NCBI GenBank assembly: GCA_011109175.1
Contig: RDEW01000013.1
Location: 351,476 to 415,475, forward strand
DNA length: 64,000 bases
Reading direction: 5' to 3'
Source: Dicyema japonicum
Lineage: Eukaryota > Animalia > Dicyemida
Part shown: positions 1 to 17,499 of the stretch, piece after piece
Layout of the letters: every line of letters begins with the position of its first letter
Position numbering within the stretch: the first letter of the stretch is position 1
The notes under the pieces: generated by a model
What the model was told of the DNA's origin: nothing
Databases searched by the model: none
What the model saw: only the letters and a program-made list of their open reading frames with translations
Program-made: the position numbers and the translations under genes

Positions 1-26
1 GTTTAACATTCCAATTTTTTCCCTTT

Positions 27-1080
27 ATGGCGAACTCTGACTTGCATGAAAACCAAATAAAAGTAATGAGTCGCATTATTTGTGTATTATTTGAGTAAAG
101 TCAGCACAATTTACTGTTTGCATGCGATAAAACCACAAATTTCCTTTTAAGCTGATTTTTAGCCCATAATTGACAACATCGTTTCTTCTTGCCCTCCAGG
201 ACAGATCCTTCACATTCTCAATGGTACCCTTCCCCTGATTTAAATCTCCTAGATCTAGAGGTTCTCTCTGATATATCACAGAGCAGACAGTTTTTCCCAG
301 AGTTTTCAATTAAGTTTAAATTTTCAGGACATTGCAAAAATTTCACCAAGACAGCTTTTCCACGTGCACTGTGGACGACCAGAGTGTTCTTATGACAAGC
401 TATAATGTGGCTGATCTTGACAAGAGCATCTATTTTGATCCAGTCAGGGATATTTCTTTCAAGTTGGCTTGTAATCTCATTTGTAGAGTCGATCCCTTGA
501 CTTTAACAGTTGACAATGTCAATAGCTACAACTGTGACTGCTCGGAGTTGGCTAAATCCTTCCAAACTGAAGTTGCTGAGTACGTGAACTGCCACTATGA
601 AGAGGGATCTTCTTTAGTCGTCGGACATGAGAACCAAGTCGACATTTGCATCTCGTCCTCTCACCACAACTCTAAAAACTTTTGGTTGCTTGTTTCCTAA
701 TTTAAGGAGCGGAATGCTAAAGTCTCATTGGTTCCTTTCCCTCGAAGATGGATGTAAATTGGAGGGAAAGATAAACGGAAGGACCCATTATATGGAGGAC
801 GGTAATGTGCAGTTGTACTGTGATCGAGAGTTCTCATATTCGTTCGAAAAAGTAGTTAATGGTTAAATCTTAGGGTGATGATTTGGTGTATGTGGTCATA
901 AATTACATAAAACGGGCGGAAAATGAATTTCAGAAACAACTGAACGACAACTTTGGAGAAATGGCCTCCGAATGCTTCAAGTCGTTGAGGAGAGCCCTGC
1001 CGATTACAAAATGCAAGATTGATTGGGACAAGATTTCTAGTTACACCATTGGATCATCCCTTAAAGGAGAATCTATTTAA
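27..1080 (+). CDS. CAPZA: F-actin capping protein alpha subunit, 6 introns (100, 29, 26, 24, 22, 22 nt)
   Basis: Spliced translation MANSDLHENQIK/PIIDNIVSSCPPGQ...KNFW/SG...HYMEDGNVQL...AENEFQ...FKSLRRALPITKCKIDWDKISSYTIG matches CapZ-alpha motifs; GT-AG micro-introns restore frame. Confidence 0.93.
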
Positions 1081-1179
1081 TATTAACTGATTTGGGGTTT
1101 TCTTTCAAATTTATTTTTGTGATTTATTTTAATCAATTATGACTGATTCGTAAATACCAACGCTATTTGTTATTTTGTC

Positions 1180-1800
1180 ACTGTCTGCTCTTCAACATGT
1201 TCCTAAGTGACCTCCCATCTCCAACCACCAAAAACACAATTCTTTCATCGTATGCGGATGATCTCGTGGTCGCAGTGAACATCGAACAGACGACACTCCG
1301 ACAGGATCTATTAAACCTGATGGGTCTTTGGTAATTGTATGACTCCCCGCTTCCCATTATGGAGACCCTTTCAATCCTTGGAGTCATTCTGGATCCTCTC
1401 CCCACATTTACTCATCAAGTTTACCTAGTAACCGCGAGGATCCAAAAGAAAATTGGAATTCTCAAGGCTTTCACTCACTCTCCAATATCTTCCCGCATCG
1501 TTAGAACTTTTATACAAACAATTTGTTCCACCGAGTATCAAATACGCCTGTGCTACATGGGTTGCCCCCTTATCAGTATCGACACAGAGCAAGCTAGAAG
1601 TTTTACAAAACCGATGTCTCAGAATCGTCAAAAAGACGTACTATTCGTTACTACGAAGAACATTAAACGTCCCCCCAGTCATGGAATACCTTAAGGAACG
1701 TCACCGGGAATTCCTCAAGGTAGCAAAGTCTCCTGACCATCCTCTCGGGCCAGACATCAAACTATATATGTACGCTTGCCCGAGATATGAGAAGTAATAA
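1180..1800 (+). mobile_element. Degraded non-LTR retrotransposon 3' fragment (RT C-terminus)
   Basis: LLFNMFLSDLP...SYADD, ILGVILD, LYKQFV..IKYACATW motifs across frameshifts. Confidence 0.8.
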
Positions 1801-2551
1801 ATATTGTCACGGTCCAATGGTGTGTCTCAACTGCACCCAAATTTACTAGTGGCCTCACCAATCCTATAGTCTGTAGATGGCATGAGAAATCACATATTTT
1901 TACAGTAGTACCTGTGGAATATTAATAAAAATGATACATCTGTTAGTTGATACGTTTCTTATACAATAAAAGTGATTTAATAAAAAACTGCTTTTTACAG
2001 TTACAATTTTGCTGCATAAGTTGAACATCACATCCCTCGTGAGTTTATCAGGATATTTTCTAACACCATTAACACTTTCAATGACCATCTTAATAATTGA
2101 AAGCGGCATAACAGTTTGTTAAAAGCACTCCTGGGTTTCTCATGAATACGTAGGTTTTAGTTTGTATTGTACTCTTTTTGATAGTTGTTTCATGCTACTA
2201 TTAGCCTTGCATGCTTCCATTATTGTCCAGGTCATTCTTCCGATGTTGGATGGAAAGACGTCCGTAATCTCTCCCATGATAAATTAATCCCAGTCTGGAT
2301 TTTCAACGTGAAAACCACAATTGTTGGAATAATCCCAAAGGAAATGATGCCAAGTTCAAATCAAAGACCAATTACCTGATAATCTCAATGCTAATAATGC
2401 TTTTAGTGGAGTATCGGACGTTATCGAGAGTGTACTCAATAAAGCATCAAGGGGGATGGGATTCTGTCGGTGCAGAGGAAACCCTAGGGGGAAACAAAAT
2501 TTTAAGAATAAAATTTATTAACGTAAATTAAAACAAAATATTTCCAATTAA

Positions 2552-7386
<4,835 letters not shown>

Positions 7387-7989
7387 GTATTTATGATAAT
7401 AGCTGTAAATTGATAAATTGACCTATTAACCTTTAAATCAGAAATCGCTAACACGTTTAGAAAATTACCGCAAATTTTACCATAATTTTATTAAGTAGTA
7501 TTTTCTTGATAACAACGAACGCACGTGGGTAATAATATACTTGTTACAGTGAAAAATGACTCAATTACGTCACCTTTATAACGCAATAAACTTCCGATCA
7601 TTCCTTCTTTTCTTTCTTTGTGGATTTCGAGTCAAATCTATGTTCTGCTGATGTCATCAATCAATGTTTTTATGTCACTGCAGATACATCCGACTGAGAG
7701 CCATTTTGGTTACTACTTTTTTCTCAGCCTTCGGTTTCCTTCACATGAAGGGGGTAATAACTTTGCTTGTAATATGTCACCTTTTACTTAATTCCATGCG
7801 TGAGATAATGATGGCCTTCCGTAAATTCACAACAAATCTTTTTTCAAATCAAGGGCATATAATCAGAAATAAAATCTTTTTTTTAAATCAGTGTAACCTT
7901 TACTACATTCAAGATCATTGATTCCAAGCTTTTCACCTTAAGCTTTTGAAGTGATATCTTCACTGATAAAAGCATTGATTGCATCCATG

Positions 7990-10152
7990 AAATCCATTCA
8001 ACAAGTGAATTATCGAGTTACCACTGTCTTGAGTTGTCAATCAGTTTCAGTTTTCCCATTTCACGGTTAAGAATTTCTGAAAGTGTCGAAATTGCCGACA
8101 AGAAACACATTCCAAGATGACTCATTGCAGACTATAATTTCAATTTCTCTAAGGAAATTATTGAAAAGATTTTATACAGACGCCGACTCAAAAAATCAAG
8201 AATTTATGCAGCCAAACTATCCAACCTTGATAGTAAAATTACAGAGTTAATCAACAAAAGGAAATTGGGTCGATGGAACAATTGTGGTACTTTACGTGGA
8301 ATTCAGTCGAAATAAAATAGAATGGAGACAACCCACGCCACTATTATTGAAAAGAATCAAATACCACGTGATATCACTCATCAGGGAGATATCATAATGG
8401 ACCACTATGCTAAAGTGAGTCACATAGATATGAACAAATGTTCCCGTCCATGCAAATTGAAAAACATTCAAACTCATTAGGGATAACCGATTGATGTCGA
8501 AAACCTTATCAAAAACGCCAAAAACTCTCCTTCAAAGGGATTGATGGAATCTACATTTAATGAACCTGGGAATACAAGATCTCTAGTCAATAACAAACAT
8601 AATTCCTGTGTCCATCAACAACTGCAGAATTCCTGCACTATGGAAAAAAATAATCCCTGTTCTGAAGCCCGAAAAAGATCCTTCAAATTCGGTATCTTTC
8701 AGACCAATTTCACTACTATCTGTAGTATCGAAAATTATTGAATGTGTTGCATCAAAACTAATATCGGAGTATCTATCCTTCCAGATTTTCAACATGGCTT
8801 TCGTCCACAATACTCCACATCAACACATCTTTCTACCCTAACTCAATATATCGCTGATGGTTTCAATGATCCCCCCAAACGGACTATCCTTGCATCGATT
8901 GACCTAACCAAGGCGTTCGATCGAACATCAAGGCGGGTCCTAAGTAATAAAATTCGAATTCCTTCACGTCTTCAAATTTGGCTAACAAATTCATCTCTGG
9001 AAGAATTGGTCGGGTTGAAATTATGTCCTGTCTATCTCACTAACGATTCCTTCCAAATGGATTTCCCCAAGGCTCCGTTTTGTCACCTACCTTATTCTAC
9101 TTGCACCTAAGCGAAATTCCAACCAATTCTAAGACACTTATATTGTATAAGGATGACCTGATTATCGCCTCTAAAGACAAAAAGTTAACGAAGCAACGAA
9201 GGATTTTATAACCACTTGAACACTCATGAAGATTGGCTGGAGCGAATCACTTATTCCCCTCTCCGTCGAAATCCATCGTCACTGTATTCACTTCCAATTG
9301 CCGTCAACTAAATTTTTATCACGGACAAACTGATACGAAACATCCCAAAATACTTGGAGTCATTTATGAGCAAACTACTAACTTTCTCAAACATGTGGAG
9401 GAACAAAGTAAAAAGTCCTCTCGAAAGATCAACATACTGAAAGCAGTGTCAGGCCATTCCTTTGGCTCAAGAAAAGAGGCCTTAACCATCATATATCATT
9501 CGAACCATAAGATCCTTCCAATTTAAGATAATTGTGAGATGAGAGCTCTGCAGTTCCTCTCCCAAGTCCACAGCACAGCCACTCTCAAACCCCAAAACAA
9601 AAGAAAAATTATTATGACAACCAGTGACCTGTCTCGAATACTATCATCCCTTACTATTATTGAACCAGAAAACCACCGTCATTTCCAAAATAAACAAAAT
9701 TCAGGTGATCCCGGCCTCCCTCAACAGTCTTCGCATCTTTTCGACTGCGTTCCTGCGCATCATCATCCTTTCCAGCTCTAATAGCAGGAGTCGTCTGAAA
9801 CAGATACACGATTTTGTTTCTACGAGAAGCATCCGAAGACTCGAAGATAATAAAATACTACACCGGCCCCCTCCTTCAATAGACCAACCAAAATCCTCTC
9901 TTCCGAGGGACGTCCGAGTAAACCTGGCTCGTCTAGTATGTGGGCCACCACCCATATCTACCAACATACGATATCTTCTATCCCTTTTGCAACCTCTACG
10001 TGTTTACAACAAATCACCTATTTGAATGTCATGAATTAGCACAACGTTCGTCTACAATGCCTGGACTGATCGATCTATGGGAGCACCAACATCTGCTCGT
10101 CCTATTTAATAGTTGCTGGCCTCCTACAAGTTAGTGAGGCTGGGGTTACTTA
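7990..10152 (+). mobile_element. Degraded Ingi/Vingi-like LINE (RT + C-terminal zinc knuckle, GGGGTTA tail)
   Basis: FRPISLLS, FQHGFRP, IDLTKAFD, LPRDVRVNLARL..GHHPYL..CN..TTNHLFEC..DLWEH; ends gctggggtta. Confidence 0.85.
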
Positions 10153-11590
10153 ACTAACAAACTAACTAAGTGATCCCAGGCCGACAGGGGAGAGGACGAA
10201 TCCGAAGGGTCGAGAATCCTATACAGCTTTGCATACGTCATCGTTGGTCAAATAAATTGTTCATAAACTGTGGCAAGGCTCCCAGTTTGGTCTTTAAGTT
10301 TATTGAGGGCACTTTAAGCTCTGTCTTTGGAGGCAAGAATGATATCGTCGGGTAGGGAGGATTAGATAGTACTCATTACAGGTTTGTGGCATGTCGTTTA
10401 TGTAGAGGTTGAAGAATTGGGGTAACAGTGGAACGCCTTGAAGGACTCCTCTCCTCTCGTTCCCTTTCTTGAACTCAATAGACGTCAGATACGATGTCTT
10501 GAGTAGCTATGAGTAAATTATAATTTATTAATGTTCTCAATAATATAGAAATCACGAAATATTCTCATATATGATCAGATATAACGCAGAATAGGTAGAC
10601 TTTAGACTACAACAATTGTTGTTGAATTATTTTAGTGACCGTGGGTTAAATTTTTATCTCAAATACAGCATGGTTGCACTCTTCCAAGATATTGATACGT
10701 TCATTGACATAAGTAATCATTCAAGCATTAGATTGTTCATTTTGGGGTCTCAAAAGAAGAGAATATAAAANCCACCCATATCTACCAACATACGATATCT
10801 TCTATCCCTTTTGCAACCTCTACGTGTTTACAACAAATCACCTATTTGAATGTCATGAATTAGCACAACGTTCGTCTACAATGCCTGGACTGATCGATCT
10901 ATGGGAGCACCAACATCTACTCGTCCTATTTAATAGTTGCTGGCCTCCTACAAGTTAGTGAGGCTGGGGTTACTTAACTAACAAACTAACTAATTGATCC
11001 CAGGGCGAGAGGGGAGAGGACGAATCCGAAGGGTCGAGAATTCTATACAGCTTTGCATACGTCATCGTTGGTCAAATAAATTGTTCATAAACTGTGGCAA
11101 GGCTCCCAGTTTGGTCTTTAAGTTTATTGAGGGCACTTTAAGCTTCTGTCTTTGGAGGCAAGAATGATATCGTCGGGTAGGAGAGGATTAGATAGTACTC
11201 ATTACAGGTTTGTGGCATGTCGTTTATGTAGAGGTTGAAGAATTGGGGTAACAGTGGAACGCCTTGAAGGACTCCTCTCCTCTCGTTCCCTTTCTTGAAC
11301 TCAATAGACGTCAGATACGATGTCTTGAGTAGCTATGAGTAAATTATAATTTATTAATGTTCTCAATAATATAGAAATCACGAAATATTCTCATATATGA
11401 TCAGATATAACGCAGAATAGGTAGACTTTAGACTACAACAATTGTTGAATTATTTTAGTGACCGTGGGTTAAATTTTTATCTCAAATACAGCATGGTTGC
11501 ACTCTTCCAAGATATTGATACGTTCATTGACATAAGTAATCATTCAAGCATTAGATTGTTCATTTTGGGGTCTCAAAAGAAGAGAATATA
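9948..11590. repeat. ~820-bp direct duplication on either side of the single N (9948-10770 = 10772-~11590); probable contig-overlap artefact
   Basis: Near-identical copies with few indels/SNPs; junction exactly at N 10771. Confidence 0.9.
10153..10470 (-). mobile_element. Internally deleted 3' fragment of the 11585-14448 LINE family, tail-to-tail with the preceding element (repeated at ~10975-11290)
   Basis: Reverse complement matches 14320-14395 (ggattctcgaccc...gggatcacttagttag) and the GVLQG.PL.P..FNLYINDMP segment. Confidence 0.8.
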
Positions 11591-11593
11591 AAA

Positions 11594-11645
11594 AAATGTC
11601 ATGTGGCTCGCCAACGACGTGGTGGCATTTGAAAAAAAGAACCAC
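11594..11645 (+). ncRNA. HDV-topology pseudoknot at LINE 5' end (no P4, no J4/2 C in this copy)
   Basis: P1 AAATGTC/GGCATTT, P2 TGGCTC/GAACCA (one mismatch), P3 GCC/GGT. Confidence 0.55.
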
Positions 11646-11669
11646 ACTTTCTCCTATCTTCACGGGTGA

Positions 11670-11723
11670 ACCAATAAGGAAGGCCTGCGCCGCTGCGGAG
11701 ACGTTGAGGCAAACCCTGGACCA
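11670..11723 (+). other. 2A-like (StopGo) peptide TNKEGLRRCGDVEANPG|P in frame with APE-RT
   Basis: GGA GAC GTT GAG GCA AAC CCT GGA CCA matches the DxExNPGP consensus and continues in frame into ARIVQLNIN. Confidence 0.9.
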
Positions 11724-14708
11724 GCCAGAATAGTCCAACTGAACATAAATGAAATCAAGAACAAAATACTCGAACTTCGGACTTTTGTGAAAGAAAATCA
11801 CATTGATCTGTTGCTAATTCAAGAATCTAAACTTTCTCCAAAGAATTCAACACCAGTATTTCCGGGATTCACAGTAATTCGCCGTGACAGAATTGGCAAA
11901 CTTGGTGGGGGTCTTCTCACAGTTATTCGCAACGGCATTCCGTTTGAGGACATAACCAACAGTGCTTACACTATGCTTAAAGGATATGGAAATCTCGAAC
12001 TTTTGGTTACCAAAATACGATTCCCAAGACTATCAATAACAATTGTCAACGCATATCTCCCACCACTGAGTTCCTGCTCGTCCAGTGCCCCCAGACTCAC
12101 TCCTCTCGCGTCACTAAAGGATGTGATTATCTGTGGTGACTTCAATGCGAAGCACCCACTGTGGCTGACAGGACAAACCTACGACAAAAGAGGGAAGATG
12201 ATAATTGAGGACCTCCACAGCCTATGTATACTCAACGATCCTGCATCTCATACAAGAACACCTACTCGACGTAATGATAAACCTTCTTCTATCGACATCT
12301 CATTGTCATCACCGTCCTTGGCCCCACTTATTGACTGGTCAGTGAAGTATGACACCAGTAGTGACCACAACCCAATATTTTTGGAGGTCAAAACAAGGTC
12401 ACGGATAAAAGGACAATGCCCAACAATAACTAACTACAGCCTTGCGAATTGGAAAGGATTCAAGGAATACGTCGATAATTGTATTGGACTATTAAATTTC
12501 CCCACTTTTCCCTCCGTCGAACAATTAGTGAAATGGTTCAACTCCATTATAAACGATGCGAAAAAGAAGTACATTCCTATGGGGAGACAACCAACGTCAT
12601 CAAAACGTTTTAACACAACGACGAAACATCTGATCGGAGAACGAAACAATCTAAAGATGGTAAAATCGCCAACAGAAGAGAACATCAGGAAAATACGAGA
12701 ATTGAACAGAGAGATCGACAACAACATAAAGACAGAAAATGCAAATAGATGGACGAGACTATCGAAAGCTCTCTACAAAAACCCCCCAATGCAAAGAGTG
12801 TGGAAGTGGATCAAAAACATCAAAAGACCCTCCCCAGAGAGAAAAGTCGAAGTCTACATAAAACCAGACACTCTGATAAAATATTACACATCTATATCCT
12901 ACAGGAAGTTTTCAAAAGAACACCAAGTATTCCTGAAAAAGATTGAACCGAAACGCTCCGATAACTGGATCCTATTTACTAGTCAGGATGTTCGCAGAGC
13001 CATATCTAAGGCCAACAACTCAGAGGCCAAAGGACCAGACAACATAACCACATGTGAACTGAAGCACCTAGGCCATCGAGCCCTGGAACTATTAGCCTAT
13101 ATATTCAACCTCTCCATTAACACAAATACAATCCCTGAAATATGGAAGAAGTCTCTAATCAGACCTATCCGAAAACCCAACAAACCAATAGATGAACCAT
13201 CTTCCTATCGCCCAATATCTATTCTAAGTCCGGTCTCAAGGATCCTTGAAAGGCTTGTTTTGGAAAAAATACAAGACTCAATCTCAATACCTCCGACCCA
13301 GCACGGATTCCGGGACAACCATTCGACGACAACACACCTTACAACCCTCACACAATTCATTGCGGAAGGATTTAACTCCCCCAAACCCCATCAGAGGACA
13401 GTACTTATATCCGTGGACATCACAAAAGCGTTCGACTCAGTCCCTAGGAAACTCTAACAAAGAAAATATATGAAACCAACATCCATCCGAACCTGAAACT
13501 TTGGCTTGGAAACTTCCTAAATGGAAGACGAGCACAAGTGCTCTGCAACAACATCAAATCAAGATCTCGCTATTTCCCAAATGGAGTCCCTCAAGGCTCA
13601 CCACTATCACCCCTACTCTTCAATCTCTACATAAACGACATGCCACAAACCTGTAATGAAAACTGTCTAATCCTCTCATATGCCGACGATATCATTCTTG
13701 CCTCCAAGGACAGAAACATTCAATCAGCGACTCAGTTGGCTCAACAAATGCTCGATAACTTGGAACTATGGCTCTCGAAGCGGAGACTTGACACATCAGC
13801 AGCAAAGTCCTTTGTCACACTGTTTACCACCTACAAGAGACAGCTCTGTATCGAACCAAAAATCTTTATGAAGAACGAAGCTATCTCTATTAACAAAACA
13901 CCGAAGATTCTGGGAGTAACCTTTGATCAGGGACTCACCTTTATCCGGCATGTTGAAAACAGAGTAACTTCTGCTCTGAAAAAATTAAGAATATTAAAAG
14001 TGCTCTCAAAAATATTTAGAGATCAAACTGGGATCCTTTCCACGATATACAAACAATTCATCCGACCAACGATGACGTATGCAAGTCCTTCATGGGCAAT
14101 GCAAATGTCACGATCTTCCACATTGAAGTTATCTGCAATCGAGGAGACTGCAATGAGGTTAATTGGACCAGATCACAACATCCAACCTATTGAAAATTTT
14201 TTAATTGAAATACAACGAAAACTATTAAAGGAGGCTGTTCTACCGAGCTGCCCTCTATTCCAAATACTATCGAATTATCTACAATCATACAGAAATTGTG
14301 AGCCGATGCCATGTCCTATGAGAAGAGCTGTTCAGGATTCTCGACCCCGCCGGACTCGTCCTCACCTTTGTCGGTCTGGGATCACTTAGTTAGATGAGAA
14401 CTTTTATTTCTTTCTCTTTGACCCAGTGATCCTGGGGGTAATAATAATAAAAGAAGAGGAAGTAGTTAGAACCTTATTCACTAGTACAATTTTTTCGGAT
14501 ATTCTATTTTCATTATCTAGGGATGCTTTTGGGATATAAATTTTTTTGAAGATTTTGAAAAACCTCAGAGTATTCCTCCAGTCGATATCTTTATTGTTTC
14601 GGTATACACACGTGGTGAATTGTGGTATTATTTGTGGGTTATAAAATCTTTATTAGTCGTGAGTATAATTTTTTATTATTGAATAAAGAAATGATTAGTT
14701 AAGTAATG

Positions 14709-16043
14709 TTAGACCTCGAGTGTCCATCTCGACAGTCCACGTGTCCATACTATAATAAACCAAATATAACTAACAAAAATATTGTTCAACTTTGTAAACA
14801 ATTCGTTTGCGAGTGAATTCGGTCCTCGGGGAATTATAACTCGGTCCTTTAGTACAATTTTATCCACACTTTTTAATGTCGATGCCGTCCCAGTACAAAA
14901 CATCTCCAATAACTTTAAAATGATAATAAAATTAAATACCCGACCATCAGAGTGGGCTTCTTCTAACTCAAAAAAATAAAACTCTCTTTCGGATACCAAA
15001 AACTCATTCTTAATATGAATAAAATGAGTAATACCATTTTCCTGGTAATTTGTAAAACAGAGTCACGTGTTATTCCTGGCAAAAGAAAGCCTGAATCAAG
15101 TGAAGGTGTGACCAATTCACGATCTTACGTTTGAAAGCACAAAACCTCCATTTTTGTTAACTAAATATGCGAAAAAGTTCATGGTCCCGGCTTCGGAAAT
15201 CATGCGATCTTTTCCAGCAAGCAAAAGACTCTGCTGGCAACCATTATTTTTTTGCCATCAATAAGGAATTAAGTGTAGATGCATAATTCCTAAAATATAA
15301 TCAAAGTCAAACACTCCCATTTTGAACAAGCCGGTTGATCTATAAGTATTAGACGAAAGATCAGCAAATAAAGAGATTGAACTGTTATCGACATCTGAGA
15401 GTGCCAAAAAAACATAGAACATTGCATTTTGAGGCAAGTCCACGCCCAAATGTGACTAATAATGTGGGTTAAGAGTATTTTACATCACATGACATCATTG
15501 TTGGGCGAACATAAATAAATGTTTTGTTTTCAGTCAAGGTGCCACACCTTATCAGCTGCAATTAATTTTTTAATGCATTCAAGCATTTCTACCGCAGAAA
15601 AATCCTAAGTTGATAACCATTCTTACAGGCAAGGCTAGTCTTTTCGTACTATTTCGCAGTCTTTCGAGGTGCATGAGAGGCCTGAAGAGTCTGACTTTTT
15701 GATCGACTCCTTTCGAAGACTTCAATCCTTCAAAGGCCAGATAAAATAAATTTAATAATGTACTGAAATGGAATATTGAATTGCTGATAAACCAGGATTC
15801 ACGCTTAGATTGTGGAAAGGAACAATTTTTGGGGTTCCCCAGCCTTTTATGACGTTCCACTCAATTTCAAGCATATGATCAGTGTAGCATTTGCCAAATC
15901 CGTAAGGCTTCTTGTATATGTTTCTATTTGATTTTGAGGATTTTTCGATCTGTAAATTTGAGGCCTTAAAAGATATTAAAAAACTTAACTTTTAATTCTG
16001 AATAACATCTTTTAACAAAATTTACGTATTTTTGCAGAATCAT
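14709..16043 (-). CDS. BCAT: Branched-chain amino acid aminotransferase
   Basis: FGKCYTDHMLEIEW, AFEGLK, RLFRP..H..RL, IYVRPTM, ISEAGTMNFF, LLPGITRDSV, EMFCTGTA; micro-introns, local indel errors. Confidence 0.9.
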
Positions 16044-17499
16044 TATTTTTTTAATTTTGTTTAATCAAAAGTTTATTAATTATTTTAATTAATAAATTAT
16101 TTTAATTAATAAAACTAAATTAAAAAAGAAGGCTTACAAAACAGGGCAGTTGAGAAGATTGGTTGATAAGATCTGAACAGCCGTTACAAGAGGAATATGA
16201 ATGACTATTATTTCTCGAATAATGCTTTAATGATAACTGAATTTGATTAATGTCAATTATTATTTAGTAAATAACGTATTTTCTCTGACGAAATCTTTTA
16301 ATCACTTTTACTTTTATTTAAGTTACTATAATGCAAGTAAACAGTGGTAATTATATTAAGGGGAAGTAATACGAAACGATAGGGTTTGACGACCGACTTC
16401 TACCTAGAAAGTATTCACTAGAAATCTTGAAGATAAATCCCAGATATTTTTGCGGTTTTTGAAACCTCGAAAAAGATTTTCGACACCAACCTTGCTCATT
16501 TTCCTTCTAACCATATGGGAATTGTCATACCAGGATTTATTCCATAAGCAAGCTTCAAAGCAAAATTACGCGTTTTCTCAAATTTCTCTAGAATTGAGTC
16601 TCTTGTTTTTGAGTCTTACAATCCCTATAAACAATATAACATTCCAGAAAGTATTGCGGAGTTGAAAATATAAACAAAGGAATCTGACTCGAGCTTTAAC
16701 TTTGTAATGCATTGTTTCCCACATAATGAAATTATAAGTAATTTTGATCTCTGTAGGTGTAAACAGTATTTCTAATATACACGTGCTCAATCTGAATGTG
16801 GCATTTAATGTTATACAAAATCTTTTTATATGTGGTGAAACGAGTTTGTTGTCTTTAAACTACAGATTCTTTGACGCAACCAAGTTAACAGTTTATTACT
16901 TATAGTTTATTCAAAAATATACAATTCTAGATTTTGTATAACTTGCCATGTGGTTTCATCTTTTGAAGATGAGTATGTCCTTTTGTTTCATTTCTTTTTA
17001 TTGAATGGATGAGATGATTGACTCATTGGAATAAGGAAACGAAGGTATACTGTGCTCTAACATCTCGATTCTTGTCGAGCACAAAATTTGGCGAACTTGT
17101 ACAAGTCAGAAGTACAAGAGAGTTAGATTATTAATTCCCAAACGTGGTGTTACTTTAAAAACTAATTTACAGTAAAATAATTATTTCAAAATAAAGGGAA
17201 AAGAATGAAATAATTAGTCAGATAAGGACGTATCTCTATCGAATCGAATGTGTCCACGTTATCCAGAAAGCTGTGCATGAATGCTTATGACAAATGCTCT
17301 CAACCAGGAGACTCCATTTTCCCAAACTGACTGAGAGATTCTTGAATCAAGTGAACGCGGAGAAAATGTAAATACTTTGTCTGGTCTCTGTCTTATTTTT
17401 AAAAGACAGAGGACTCGAGGGAAGTTTCGGAGTAAACCTCTTATAAAATGTCATGAAATGTATACGCTTTCATGGCTGTTAAGATGAAACCTTCGTTAT

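Larger units (their letters stand above)
11585..14448 (+). mobile_element. Full-length Ingi/Vingi-like LINE: 5' pseudoknot, 2A peptide, APE endonuclease, RT (one frameshift near 13457), 3' hairpin + (TAA)n tail
   Basis: TSD AAAAGAAGAG at 11575-11584 and 14449-14458; APE motifs QLNIN, IQESK, GDFNAKH, SDHNPI; RT YRPISILS, DITKAFDSV, GVPQGSPLSP, YADD. Confidence 0.92.

Noticed and set aside
9948-11590. Apparent LTR-like or tandem 820-bp duplication
   Set aside because: The junction is exactly the N; best explained as unmerged contig overlap or two haplotypes.
15738-15763. Apparent GT-TG intron in BCAT
   Set aside because: A single dropped A (ctag) in an error-prone region explains it; needs reads.
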